Positions 13,301-25,756 of a DNA stretch of 64,000 nt are shown here, in pieces. Below the pieces are notes generated by a model, which was not told where the DNA came from, searched no databases, and worked only from the letters and a program-made list of their open reading frames with translations. Positions within the stretch are counted from its first letter, which is position 1, and each line of letters starts with the position of its first letter. The translations under genes were made by a program, and so were the position numbers. The DNA comes from Raillietiella orientalis (Eukaryota): contig JAYWIR010000003.1 in assembly GCA_036172245.1 (NCBI GenBank), positions 1,612,001 to 1,676,000 on the forward strand, in the 5' to 3' direction.

Positions 13301-14600
13301 ATCTTTGAGGCATTTGGTCAGTTTGGACCGTTTTTCCGAGGAGATAAAGAGCATCTTTGAGGGCGAGCGTGTAATGCCACGAGAGCCGGTGCCTCAAGTA
13401 TTGGTCAAATTGCTCAGGTGGTGGATGCAGGAAGGGTTGCGAGGAGCTTAAAAATGAGCAGCAGATTGCAAACCATTGCCATGAACTGGGAATCCAACAT
13501 GCCTTGGACACGAGCATGTGTTTGGTGAGATACACGTAATGATGCTCTGTGGTGGGTGTTTCAGAAGGTTACGAGAGTGGTGACCGGAATGAATGCAGAT
13601 GCCACTCTTGGAATGTAAAGCTAAACTTAAATCTCAGTGTTTGCGATTTCTGCAATGATGTGCAGAGGAAATTTCATTCGTTTAACGTTCCATGCCAATC
13701 CTGCTATAAAAAAACAAAACAAAACATGCATTGGACAATTCAGGAAATCCTGAAAAGCAAGGTCCACGATTTTTTCTTCGGTTCGAATTCCGGTTCTCCT
13801 CATTTTGTGATGTTCTCGAATGATGGCTTGCAATGCAGGATTCAGCGACAAGTTTGCTCGTATCCATTTTTTATGCTTTCATTCACGCCGAAGTTAGAAA
13901 TAAGAAACAGATGTTTCCTTCGATGTCTAGACTAGAAATGTGCGTGGGGGGCATCACTGGGACTGAGAGCAGTTTCCGACTTTTATCCCTGATAGTAGCC
14001 GATGGGTTTTTGTAAACGCAAAGCTAGTAGAGAAATTCCAGAAATTCCCTGGTTCCCAGAAAAAGGCTTATGCATCCACCCTCATGGATTACCTGTTCTG
14101 CTTGCAGCTGCTCTTTAGGTTTGCACCTATTAATCAAACTCGGATTAGGAAGCATCAGTCACTGAAATTTCAACCTTGACTTTCACATGCCAGGAGACAA
14201 ACAAAGCTTAGAAACAAGAAGCTTTACGTTACACATAAATATGTAGAAACTACCATCGCTGCTGGGACGACAACATCAAACCTTCTATAATGCTAGAGAC
14301 TAGTGAAACCCCGTAGCTTTCACAGAAGGCCATTAACATGTCTTTGTGATTTCTTGTTTACGTTTATCTGACCCTCAACCTTCGGCATTATGACTAAACA
14401 TCTTCCTGTTTCCTTCAGAAGCAACTTCGGTTTGTCTACACCTTTCAAACTGTGTTGTGAGGAAAGCTGACATCCCGGGCTGCTCAACAGCATTCGAAAT
14501 TTCCAAGGGACTTCTGAGTTTGCAGATGTGTGATGTAGGGGGAAAGGGAATAGGAAGAATCATTTGGTATAAGCATTCTTCCCGCCAGCACGATCATTTC
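10400..14600 (-). mobile_element. Decayed L1/Tx1-like LINE in the AT-rich block
   Basis: Minus-strand remnants in ORF2 order: 'SSLDI' (SRLD, ~13930), 'LLGKTVQTDQMPQRFQAIS' (NFRPIS, ~13300), 'VNGMLTS' (~12640), 'AAYVRE' (YADD-like, ~12345) and 'CLFCRETPILYLLKRTLHQFVGC' (CCHC, ~10810-10880). Confidence 0.55.
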
Positions 14601-15693
14601 GAATAGTTTCCATTCTGCTGGGCGCGCAAAAGCAATTTCGATTCGCTCGTTTCCCATTTTCAAATTCTGCTCTTATTCAAAATCTAAGATGTGCTCAGCA
14701 CTCTCTTCCAACATTCATCCCGGTAGTATTTATTCACTCATGGTATCCTAGGTAAATTGATGAACGCTTCTCGAGTCCAAGAAAATACCAAATCTCAGTG
14801 CACGGTAAGGATTACAACCAATGGTATATAGAATTCCAATTTCATCAGAAATGGGCACAAAAGCAACATGTAGACAAAATTTTAGAGCTCATTTTTTTTT
14901 TCTTCTATAAAAACAACATTCGTAAGTAGTCATGGCAAATAGAATCATTTTCAAATCATTCCACCAGTGCAGAATGCCATACATTAAGAATAGACATTTT
15001 TGTCCTTTTCTAAAAGTTCAAGTTTTCAGCATCTTCAGCATGCTAATTGTTTTTTGTGTCATTCCCTGTTGTTCTCTGCTTTTTATTATCCTGCTTAACT
15101 ATCACTTTTCAGGCACTTTGACTAGACTAGCTCAATCTCCCCCTGTTAATTTGAGACACATGCAAAATCAGAATCAAAAGTTTTTTCAAAATCAGTTTCG
15201 CAAATGTTAGTTTCCATTCTTCAGATTTAGCATACATAAACCATGTCTAAAGCTAAACATAAAGCTAGATTGATTACTCATACTTTAAAGTTTCCTTTTC
15301 CAATAAAGCAAACAATTCTTGATAGAGCAATCTACAGTAACATCCTCAGTGCATCAAAGGTGTAAATTGTTTAACTGCATTTGTTTCCAACCTTTTTCAA
15401 GAACTCAATTGTAAACAGATAGTTGAAAAGACATAATTTCCGTGATTTCATGAAGTTACTACAAACATTAAGGTTAAATCTTCATGCTTAAGCTGAATAT
15501 TTGCAAACAGATGGCAGCTGACTGTGATGATGCAGCTACAGTAATTTGTAACTTACTGCGTATTTTAGCATAGATACATTACTGACAGGTAAGGAAATAC
15601 ACGGATACTGAGACTATCCTGAGGTAAAAGTTGGCAACACAGCAATACCAGAAATTCACTACATCAGTTTGGTTAAGGACTGGATTTTTTTTG

Positions 15694-17248
15694 TTATTGT
15701 GTATTAACACTATCACCTTCCTCTTCATAGCGGATTGAAATACCAGATTTTCCTTTCAAAGCAGGACCAATATAACCTTCACCAAGAGCTGGTTCGAGAC
15801 CTTTCCATGTTCTTTCCAAAAAGCAATTTTTTATAATGGGTGTAGCCAGTGTGCTAATGCTACAGCAAGCCAAACTGCCAACTTCATCATGCACTGAATG
15901 TAAAGCAAGTGAGTCCATATCTCGAATTAATGTTGAATCACATTGGTTGGATGATGTCAGGGACTCTGATGGAATTGCAAGTAACCCTACACTATCTGCT
16001 TCCTATTCTTACCTGTCACAATAGAGTTAAAATCCACTTGATATCTGGAAAAAGTCCCTGGAGCTTTGCATGCTAATTCACATTCAAATGGTGTTAGTAA
16101 CACCTGCAAGTAAGATGAACTTTCAGATCTGCTGTCAGGGATCCACAATGTTTCTGGGCATGACAACAATACAAATGCTGCAATTTCAGGGAAATTCGCT
16201 AATTTCTCAGGAGTTGGTCGCCCAATGAACAAAGTGTAGCACTGTTTGCCAGTACTTTTAAGAAGAGAGCGAAGACGATCTAAAAGTGGAAGAGCTCCAT
16301 TCAGGGATAAACCTCCAACAAGAAGACCAAGAACAGAAGCACTACGTGCTTTTTCTATGCAATAATAGCGACGTTGTAAAAGTCGATTTCCTTGCAAGTT
16401 TACACAAAATGCTTTTTTCTTATCTGTATCATATTGGTAAAAACAACTGGCAGGAAAACTTAACACAAGACTGCTAAGACAACCTCCTTCTGGACCAATA
16501 AAAATGAAGCCAACATTTTCACGAGGTATTTCTGTGGGCAAAAACAATACCCGACAACCAATGTGGAGCTTTTCACAGTCCACACAGGACTGGTTTTCAT
16601 AAATTACATCAACTGCTTCTGGACAACATGACTTGGCTGGTAAAGTTAGATAAGTAAGATACAAGTCGGGAAAATGAGTTTTGAGCAGTCTCCATAATTC
16701 ATCTGAATGTCAGTATGGATATAAATTCAGTTTTCCCTATGTTTACCAACCTATTGCATGTGCATAGGAAGTATGATAGCATAATACCAGTGGTCCAGAC
16801 CATTCACTTAAACACTGAACTAACTGCTCTGCCACAGATGCAATATTCAGATGTGCTTTTCCCAAACTGTAGAATACAGGAATGCTTGTCAGGTTACTCA
16901 AACAAGAAGCTCCAAAGTGAATACACCCATCCGCTGATACATGTTCTGCTGCAATCTCATCCACACAGCAGCTCAAAACTATCATAGTTTTATTGTACCT
17001 CTATCAATACCTGCTAAAATTAGTATCTGCTAGAATGTATAACTTTACTGATGGTTTAATGTGTTCTTGTAGATAACCATGGATGCTAGAACTATCACTT
17101 AGAAGAAAATCGGGGAATTGTAAAACCACCTATAAATATTAGGCATCATTCATTTGAATTACAAACAAAACTATACTTTCTCTAGATTATTATCGGCTAT
17201 CCATTTGGCACATGCTTTCAAAGAATATTTTTCCGATATTTCATCCAT
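15694..17248 (-). CDS. DPH2: Diphthamide biosynthesis protein 2, ~457 aa. Exons 17248-17177, 17129-17011, 16971-16751, 16702-16013, 15965-15694.
   Basis: Family motifs VVLQFPD, ILADTNFSSCCVDEIAAEH, GRPTPEKLANFPEIAAFVLLSCPE and the C-terminal RTWKGLE...GKSGISIRYEEE. GT-AG introns of 47, 39, 48 and 47 nt keep the frame. Confidence 0.95.
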
Positions 17249-19279
17249 AACACGATTGCTTCCACGACTTGCTCACATTTATTTTCAGCTAAAAGAAATA
17301 TGCATTACTTATGTCAAGAGATGGAGGCTTCAATATGCCAACATAACTCTATATCTTAAATGTATCACTAAAACAGTTATACGAACACGTTTCCAGGGAA
17401 CATTGCAATACACCGCTATGCGAATTTGGTTACAAATAAACACAGATCAATAGCAAGGAAAATGATGGCTCACTCGAATGAGTTGGAAAGCCATTTTTCA
17501 TCAGAATATTCAAAGGTCAACTGATGAACACGCTTATTACAGAATTCACCACTCTGCTCTCCATATATTTATCAGAAAAGTTTCATGCATCAAGTATTGC
17601 CAAGCGCACTTATCTTTTTAGAAGCTCACTAAACGCCATAATGGTTTGATTTCCACGTAATTGAAAAGTTGGTTTTTTTCGTTCCTTTTCTTTCAAAATA
17701 TGCATGATTTAAAAACCATAGTTCCGAAAGGTTTCCTTCCTTGAGAAAGTCTTGCAAGAGATGTGTGCAAGAACTTTTGAAAGACTTTAAGGACTGCTCA
17801 TTCTGATATGCAAAGATCTACTTTAAGCAAATATCACACAGATCGCCATTTAAGAACGAAAATATTATTTGGAATCAATATGAAATTTATGTATTATTCA
17901 CATTTCAGTCAACAGCCGATATGACTGAATAAAACTCTGAATTACTTAGAGTGCAGCCATGAATGCGCACGTTGTTATGAATTTCTTTCGTTATGAATTT
18001 GGAGGATTCCTTCGAAAATTTGCCATCAATGATTTGTAGTGCCATGGATGCTTCAGACAATCCACTTGCAGGATGCTTTCAGATTACAAATTCAAAATTG
18101 GATAGGATATTTTTTGAAATCCACAGGCATACTGGCTAACACTTCAGAAGATCTTTTTTCTCGCCAAAGATGAATCTTATGACAGGCATATTGGATAATT
18201 CAATGTGGATACAGGATTAGAGAAAAAAGGCTTCCACTTGCTTGACCTCATGAAGCTACTGTTTTACTGTACAAGCGGTAATTCTATCTTTTGTACCAGT
18301 GTAATGCATGGAGCTGTGGGTTCGTGTTCTTGAAGAAAAATGTCACTCTTTTTTGGGAAGCCATCTCAAGCAAATATTACTATAGTAATCTCAGTTTTAT
18401 GAAAAACAAATAGGTTGACAACCAGTTCTGCATATCCGGTTTGTTTTCGCTTTAAGTACACAATATCAGTGACATATTGATTTTATTTCTATTCATAAAG
18501 AAAACAGATAATTAAAATATTTGGATTATCGCAGACTAATTGTATACATACAATTAATTTTCAAGTAAGATTTTGTCGTAATGAGAATTATATAATAATA
18601 TAAGATTTGCACTGATGAAAGAACAAGCTATTTATTTTTTTTGCGATGAAAATAGCCATCGACCTAAGTTAGAAACTAACTCGAATCATTAGGCATGCTC
18701 TTTCTAGGGAACTAGAGAGTACCACACCAGTCTTAAAGAAAAAATGAAACTGAAAATCTGGGGGAAGCTTAGAATGTTGTCTTAATTCTCAAAGGTAAAC
18801 AGAAATAGTTGTAAGAACGAATTATACATCATAGCATCAGATGACATTTGTAAGAATCGCAGCAACAGAAATCTTTTTTTTTTTGGTTGGGTGGGGAGCA
18901 ACGTGCCAGGCAGAATTTCTTAGAGTCCAAAATATTTTTCTTTTATATAAGTAGCCTATATGCACGCTAGTTCAAAAATATGTTGAGAAAGAATGGATTT
19001 ATTGACATTTCCTCACGATTCCCATTTCTTTAGTGTTTCACTTATATCTGATGGATCTAAATTATCACACTAGCTAACTCTTGCCACTTGAACCAAAAAG
19101 TGGACTGAAAATGTCTCAGTTCACCATGTGTACTAAATCCCTTGATATTTTTTTCACTTATTTCCCAAAGAATTTTGCCTGATACATCACGCATTCTAGC
19201 AAGAAAAGAGTGAGACGAAAATAGCATAAACAGTCAAGTCAGCAACTTCTTTTTTCGAGTAGTTTTCCCTAATAAAGAT

Positions 19280-19660
19280 ACCAAATGAAATGCTATTTTT
19301 CTCGATACGCTTTCATCTGGAACCTAAACTGGGGTATGCCTTCGCTGATATCACTTATCACTAGGATAAATCAACACTCTGTAGATTCAGGATTTCGCAG
19401 AGATATCGTAGCAAGCAATGCTACAATAATACAAGGATGTGTATTTTTGTCCATTTCTTGGATAAGAGTTTTATCTATTTTGAAATCTTCGATGTTAAGT
19501 GGCTGCATTAATTCTTGCTCATCTTGAAAGATTACGTGTTTATTTTGTCTCCTCAGGTATTCTCCTCTTGATGTTCAGGCTCCTTTTCATTCCCATTGGC
19601 AGATTTTAGAAACTTCTGTTTCAGAATTTTCGATGTCACGTCTTCCGCGGCGCTTTTGAG
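19280..19660 (-). mobile_element. Short LINE ORF2 (pre-RT) remnant
   Basis: 'EQELMQPLNIEDFKIDKTLIQEMDKNTHP' resembles the LxxPxTxEE...MxxxKxPG segment that precedes LINE RT. Flanked by stops. Confidence 0.3.
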
Positions 19661-21187
19661 TGGAGGACTGCAGGGGCCGCTTAGGATCCTCATCTCATGC
19701 CCAGAAAACCTCATCCCTTGTCCAGGAAAAGCGTACAACTCCCCTTTCTTTTTCTTTTTCTTTCCTTCCTTCCTTCTTCCTATTTTTATCCTTCCTCCCT
19801 TCCTTCCTCCTGACTGCAGCAAGATGGTAGGTCTGTTCTGGAAAAATGAACAGAGCCCCCTTAGGAAAGGCGCAAGTGTTAAAAAATGGCTCTTGAGCGT
19901 AATGCGGTCCTCCTTTGGAAGCTCATGCTTTCGAGTCCTGCGGAATCGCTTGCAAATGTGGACGAGAAGAGATGGAAGCGCGGAAAGCGTGAAAAATTTG
20001 GACGCCGGAGCACGGAGAGTCTTTTTTATGCAAAATCGCCAAGTCTTCGTCGTGACAGAACCTCCTCCCTGCCTTGATGTAGCATTCGCCCTCGACTGTC
20101 TCTTCCTGGAAGCGGGAATCCGAACCGTGACTCTCCCCTTCCCTGAGTGAATCTGTCTTCTTCCTCATCATAGGATGGCTCGAAGCTCATCAGTCCACTT
20201 TCGCTTCGAGCGGAAGGAGTTCCGCGATCAAGAGGACCGGTCAATGGTCTGCTCACGAAAGGGACCACTCGGTGGTGGGCGGCTGGACTTCGAGCCTCCC
20301 TTGACTGATTTCCCCGACTGATCCCCGCAGCGTCTACCCAGAAGGGCGGATCGCGTCCTCCGTCTCGTTCTCACTCGGATTCGCAGCCTCAGCGGACCTC
20401 ACGGGAGTGGACGTCGGGTGTTCGCCGCCTAGCGGGACGCGTAGATTTTCCTTTCCAGGACGAGGAGCGGGATGCCCGCGGTTGTCATTTGCAGGACGAC
20501 TCCTCCTGCCGGAAGAGGGGAATTTGCTAAAGAGGCGGAGAAGTCTTCAGCTCTCCGGCCCCTCGGTCCACCTTGACTCCTGGCGAGTGGAAGCGTACGT
20601 GCTTCCAGTAAGAGAATTTCACAGCTTCCTAAGGAGGGCAGCTTCCGCATATATAGGCAGGAGGATGCGACTCCTTCGCTCCGGCGAAAGGTGAGGAGGA
20701 ATAGGGAGGAAAGGGGTCCATACGCAATCCCAGATCTCGAGAGGGACTCCTCCGTCTGCAGCTCGCGTGGTGCGCTCCTGCATCCCAGGCATGGGTTCGC
20801 AGGGATGCAGGAAAGGAGGCACAGCCCCAGTGTCCGCCGACTTCGAGGTAGGAGGCTACGGTTCACCTTCCCGGCAGAAGCCCGGAGGTGGTCTTCCTCC
20901 TTCCGTTGTTTCCCGGGACCTCTGGAAAGCCGGAGTTGGTTGCCCTGACGCTCAGATGGAAGAGGAAGGGGGAAAAGGAAGAGCACTGCCTTCTTCCGTT
21001 GTCAAGAACGAGGTTGCGGGTCTGCTTCGCCCGCAGCCAGCGCGGAGCCGCGAGATAAAGCCGGTTGCCGGGCAACCGCGACGAACCGAGATTCGAGGAT
21101 GGGGCGGGTTCGGAGGAAGAGAGAAACATCCGCCGCACGATCCAGTCTTCTCGCCTCCGGTGAATTTCCACGGTGATTTGAGTTTCC

Positions 21188-23315
21188 ATGCGCCCGAGCA
21201 GTCCCTGCACCCACGGGCACGCGCCGAATCCCTCCCGGATGGCTTCCTGCTCGCTGTCGAAGTTCGGCAGTAGCGACACGGGACTCTCCTCTGCCGCGCA
21301 AGATGGCGTCGGTTCGGACTCCAAGTGGGGGAGCTGCGGCACAATGAGTGACGCGGTTGGAGATGGCGACGAGGACACCAGCCAAAGGAGAGGCAGCGGT
21401 GAGCGCGCGCCGCCCCCACCCCTAGAAGGGAGAGGAAGGGCTGCGGCGTCCCGCCCGCGGGGGAGGGAAGCTGTAAAGAGCCGCGCGAGTTCCCGGTGGT
21501 TGCCCTTGCCTTCAGACGCGGGGGATGGAGATAGTCAGAAGAGGGAGGATCGAGCTGCTCCCCGTCATCTCCGGCTGCAGGCCGGCTGGGAGTCAGTGGT
21601 GCAGTGGGGGTGCACGGCAGGAGCGAGGAAGGGAACGGAGGCGGTTTCCGGCACAGTGCCACCCCCTGGCTGCTTCTGCTGCTGCTGCGTGCGCTCGATA
21701 CGGAGGGAGGAGAGGGACAATCCTGCGGGCTTATGCGAGACCGTCAGAGGTCGGGGTGCCTGCAAAACACTCGTTGACCCCTAAGTCACCCCTCTCGGCT
21801 CTTGCACCTCCCCCACACCCCTTTCCCTTTTCGGTATTCCAGGCTGCGATGCGTCCAGAAAGAAGCAGCAGCGCCCGTGGGTCCTCGCGTCGGTAGACCT
21901 GACCCTTATGGAGGTGAGTGGGTCGCAGACACTGAAGCGGAGGTCACCTCTGGACCGTCAGATGCGTTCTTCAAGACAGGTGGAGGTGAACGACCCCCGT
22001 GGCCAGGTCCTGCTTTACATGAGCTTCCTGGGGTCGAAGATGCGCACGCATCCGGTGCCGCCCAGCGTCCCTGCCGTCTTTGAGGAGACCTTCCGATTCC
22101 GGAAGGTGAGGGGGCTGGAGGGACGGCCCACAAGGGGTCGTTCAGAGCATCAATGCCCCCCGCAGCTCTTCGTAGGGGTCGGACTGGGCGAGGTCATGGA
22201 CTACACGCGCAGGGCACCCTGTCGCGTGGAGCTGCGCCAGCTGAGGAGCTCCAAGGTGGTTGTCCTTGCCAGGGCCGAGGTCCGCGGAGAGGACTTCCTG
22301 ATCCTGGATGCAACCCAGGGGCGACCAGCAAAGGGAAAGATCCCGCTAGGCAAGCTGACCTCCCACTTCCAGGTAGCCTCGGATCGGGGCAAGCGGTCCT
22401 GATCGAAGGGGCTGATCCCGGTCCGCCCGCAGGACAACGCAGTGCCCTGGGTGCACTATCGGGCAAAGGCGTCCTTCGAAGTAGTTAGCAGTGGCGGCAG
22501 ATGGGCACCTGATGTAACCGTCTATGGTCACTCTCAGCCCTCGCCCCCTCGGTACCCTCGAAAGGCCCTCGCCGACGGTAGAGTCCCTCAGTACGAGTCG
22601 GGAGACTCCCGGGAAGCGTCCCAACTCAGGTGCTCCCCGCGCAGGCCCGTCGGCTTCATGGACCTCGTGGAGTGAGTTGGGCCCGTCAGGGAGAGGGGTC
22701 GAAATCCCATCCCTCCTCTGAACAGACCATCCTCCATTCTCACCCACCTCGTAGGTCGTACGGGTCCAGCGACATCTGGTCAGGAGACACGTCCTCAGAT
22801 TCGATGGACTCTCTTCGGCCCTGCCCGACTCTCCACCGACCGGGGCTGCCCCCCACATCCTTTTGCAAGTACATCTCGCCCAAAGACATGCCGCATTCCG
22901 CGAGCGACGACCCTCCCGCCTGGGTTCCCACGCTCTCGTGCCAGGAGGAGGACGCAGCGGCGGCAGAAGCACCCGGCGGACCGAACCAGAAGGCTCGGCC
23001 GTCCCCCCACCTGACCCCTTCCAGGAAGAAGAAGTCGACCCAGGCCGGAAGGGCCCAAGATCCACCCGAGGGGTGGCTCTTCTCCACGAGCAGGTATTCT
23101 TCTCCTCCTCCCTTTCTTTTCCTCCTCTCTTTCTCCATCGCGGGCCCGTGCTACTCCGCAGGCTATTGTCACAAGCCTGGCGGAAAAGAAGAGTCCAAAA
23201 GCCCGTCTTTCGCGTCTTCTCTCCTTTCCTCCTGCCTGTCCCCCTTCCCGAGGGCGTCGCACCTTCAAGGCCGCGTGGGAAGCGGCCTGCGAGGGAAAGG
23301 AGGGGGGCAGAGTAG
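21188..23315 (+). CDS. SPATA6-domain-containing protein. Proposed exons 21188-21749, 21843-21913, 21962-22105, 22166-22372, 22433-22671, 22755-23093, 23162-23315 (first exon and last two less certain).
   Basis: Spliced core 'VLASVDLTLME|MRSSRQVEVNDPRGQVLLYMSFLGSKMRTHPVPPSVPAVFEETFRFRK|LFVGVGLGEVMDYTRRAPCRVELRQL...GEDFL...HFQ|DNAVPWVHYRAKASF' follows the SPATA6 N-terminal domain ([35 protein letters not shown]...FELIQL...DF...APRLEFST, recalled). All junctions are GT-AG and phase-compatible. Confidence 0.7.
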
Positions 23316-23526
23316 GATCGGCTGTTTCGCGCCATCAGTTGCCAGGCGCGGGCTGAGGACCAAGGCGAGCTGCCTCCTCGGAAAGATCTCGCCTCCAGGC
23401 GATCCGTCACCTCGGAGACCGGAAGGCGGATCGCGGCACGACCAGTAAGATGAACGCGAGAGAAGGGAAAGGACGCGTGTCCCCTGGAGGGAAGAGAGTC
23501 GGGAAGAGAGTCGGGAAGAAGTTACC

Positions 23527-25756
23527 ATGGTAGCGGGTGCTCACCTATCCTCCCTTCCCCATCTCCCAATCGACCCCTCTCGGCCAGAAGACGGGAATAG
23601 TCGCGGCGGAAGATGGCGCGTGTTTCACTCCCGGAACCTCCCTTTTCTTTTTTTACGCGAAACGCACTCCAGGCTCCGTTTCCATGCCGATCCGTCGTAA
23701 CTCAGGAGCGGGAATCGTTCGGAAGGGCAGAGGGACCTCCATAGAGGAGCGTGCGATGCGGGGCAGCAGCTCGCGACGGGTCAGACTCGCCCTCCCGTCA
23801 CTGTCAGACCAGGATCATCAGTGAGGGGGGAGAGGGAATGAGGGTTGAGCGGGGGAGGACCTTTGACTGTCACCGGGGGACACGACCGGCGTCGCTGCTA
23901 CTGCGTCGCGGATGAGCAATGCGCAAGAGATGGAGAGGGACGCTTCCTCCGAAAAGTCCTCCGTCGTCCAGGAGACGGCTCCATGGGGTCCTGCCATCGC
24001 TCGCTGCGCAACATCGGGATCCTGGCAGAGATGCAAGGAACTCCCCTTGATGGAAAGCCAAAGAGGGACTGAGAGGACGCCGCAGGTGTGAGGAGGGATC
24101 GAGCCTCAGGGCTGCGGCAAGGAAGATGAGGGGGCTGGAAGAGAGAGGAATCGCGCGAGCGCGCTCGCATATCTCCTGCGAGGGTGCGTGAGTGAGTGAA
24201 CTCCTCCCCACCCCATGCACCTTTTTCCAAGGGAAGGAGGCAGGAAAGGGAAGGACAAGTGGGCTGGAGATGTGGCTTTGAGTCTCCGAGTCGCGGAGGA
24301 CGACCTCTTTCCGACCCTCTCTGGAGTCAGCACTGAGTCATAGTCCTGTTTCAGGGCATGGACTGGCGAGCTTGAGACCCGTTCCTCCGAAACCCTCGTT
24401 CCCTGCGACGATTCTCCCTCCGGGAACAGACCGGAGGGCGGAAGCACAGCATCGCCGAAGGCGAGGGAGACCGCCCGGTCGTCTCCCATCCTGTGCAAAC
24501 AGCTGGCGGCCGGCGGCCGGGTCCAGGACAGAAGCCACGAGCGAGCCTGGAGCGCACGCAAGGGGCGCAAAAGGTGGGAGGAATAAGGGAAGGTGAAAGG
24601 GGGCGGGGAGGTGGAAGGAATCCTGGGAACACACCCGAATTGCGCACGCCGCGAGGGGGAAGAGGCGACGTCCCCGGCGACGCCACCACCGGGGTTTGCG
24701 GCCTCGGAGGCGACACAGCTGACCTTGAGGACATTCCCCCTCTCGCCTGACGCAGTAAGAGTTCCATACTTTCATATTCCTGGTTGCTTCTGGAAGAAGT
24801 CAACGCCTCGGACCGCCGGTCTCCGTCCCTCGCAAGGAAGTTTTTCGCGTGCAGGTCTGACAAGGAATCTCCGGCCCCAGGGGTGACTCGATCTGGGCAT
24901 CTCTTGCTGTGCCAAGGGAGCATCGAACGCCAAGAGCTTCCTCCGTTTGCGAGGTCACCCTTTCCCCCGTGGTCTCCTCTCCGCGCTCCGGGGAATGCCT
25001 CCTCTCTCTGGGTCACGATCGCGCGTGCCAGCCAATGATCCGGCCGGTCCCGATCAGCGCAGCCACTCGCACCAAGCCATCCCTTCCCCCGCATCTCCAA
25101 CACTCGTCCCCAGACAAGAGAAAGGACCGGATGTAATGCAGGGAGGCTGTGTGGAACCCAGCGAGGAGTGCCTTGTCATCCACAAGGCGACGTCCTGCTC
25201 ACTGAGCAACCTCGACAAGGCCTCCGACGCGAACCACCGCCCCAAAATCATCCCGCCGCACCAGACGTCCTCCGGCTACCGCCGGCTCCGATCGGTTTCC
25301 TGGGACCCGAACACCAGGTTCAAGGACTGCGATGACCTGGTTGATGACAGAGGTCATCTGGGGTGAGGCGGTGTCCGATCCCGGAACCTGCACCTACTAC
25401 GTCTCTTCCCCGTTTCAGGGAATCCTGCGTGAAGATGCTGTCTCTCATCCTGCTCTTCGCATCAGCCCTGTACTTCTTCGCGATGAATTACTGCTCCCCG
25501 GTTTAGGGCATTGCGTCATCCAGACCCGGAAGACCCACTCCCATTGAGAAGCTTCCGTCGGCTCCGGAGTTCCCATTCTGTGCAGCGAACGAATGCCCGG
25601 CGGGGACGAGCCACCCTTCTATGACGGCGGAGATCAGCCTGCAGCAGCTTCTGGTGGACTGGGTCCACTCGTTGAAACAGCAAAAGAATACAGACGCAAA
25701 CTGGCACGATGAGGCCCAGCAGAGTTGCTCCTGTTCACGACCGGGGTCGTTGTAGC
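23527..25756 (+). CDS. Possible additional spliced gene, or continuation of the SPATA6-like gene; product unknown
   Basis: Several plus-strand donor-like sites (gtgagg 23821, gtgagt ~24188), pyrimidine-rich acceptors, and protein-like open frames ('RRLRSVSWDPNTRFKD', 'MTAEISLQQLLVDWVHSLKQQK'). No TE motifs recognised and no consistent model built. Confidence 0.25.

Noticed and set aside
17700..18400. Possible gene divergent from DPH2
   Set aside because: Only short frames interrupted by stops; no consistent exon chain or recognisable motif.
19370..19570. Superficial resemblance to CGRRF1 (EYL...IEDF...VALL)
   Set aside because: Bounded by stops, with no splice support or RING exon; better explained as a LINE pre-RT remnant.
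22346..23410. 354-aa minus-strand ORF
   Set aside because: Antisense shadow of the GC-rich SPATA6-like gene; the splice signals and domain similarity are on the plus strand.
23489..23519. 12-bp tandem repeat gggaagagagtc x2.5
   Set aside because: Simple local duplication; no spacers, so not CRISPR-like or otherwise informative.
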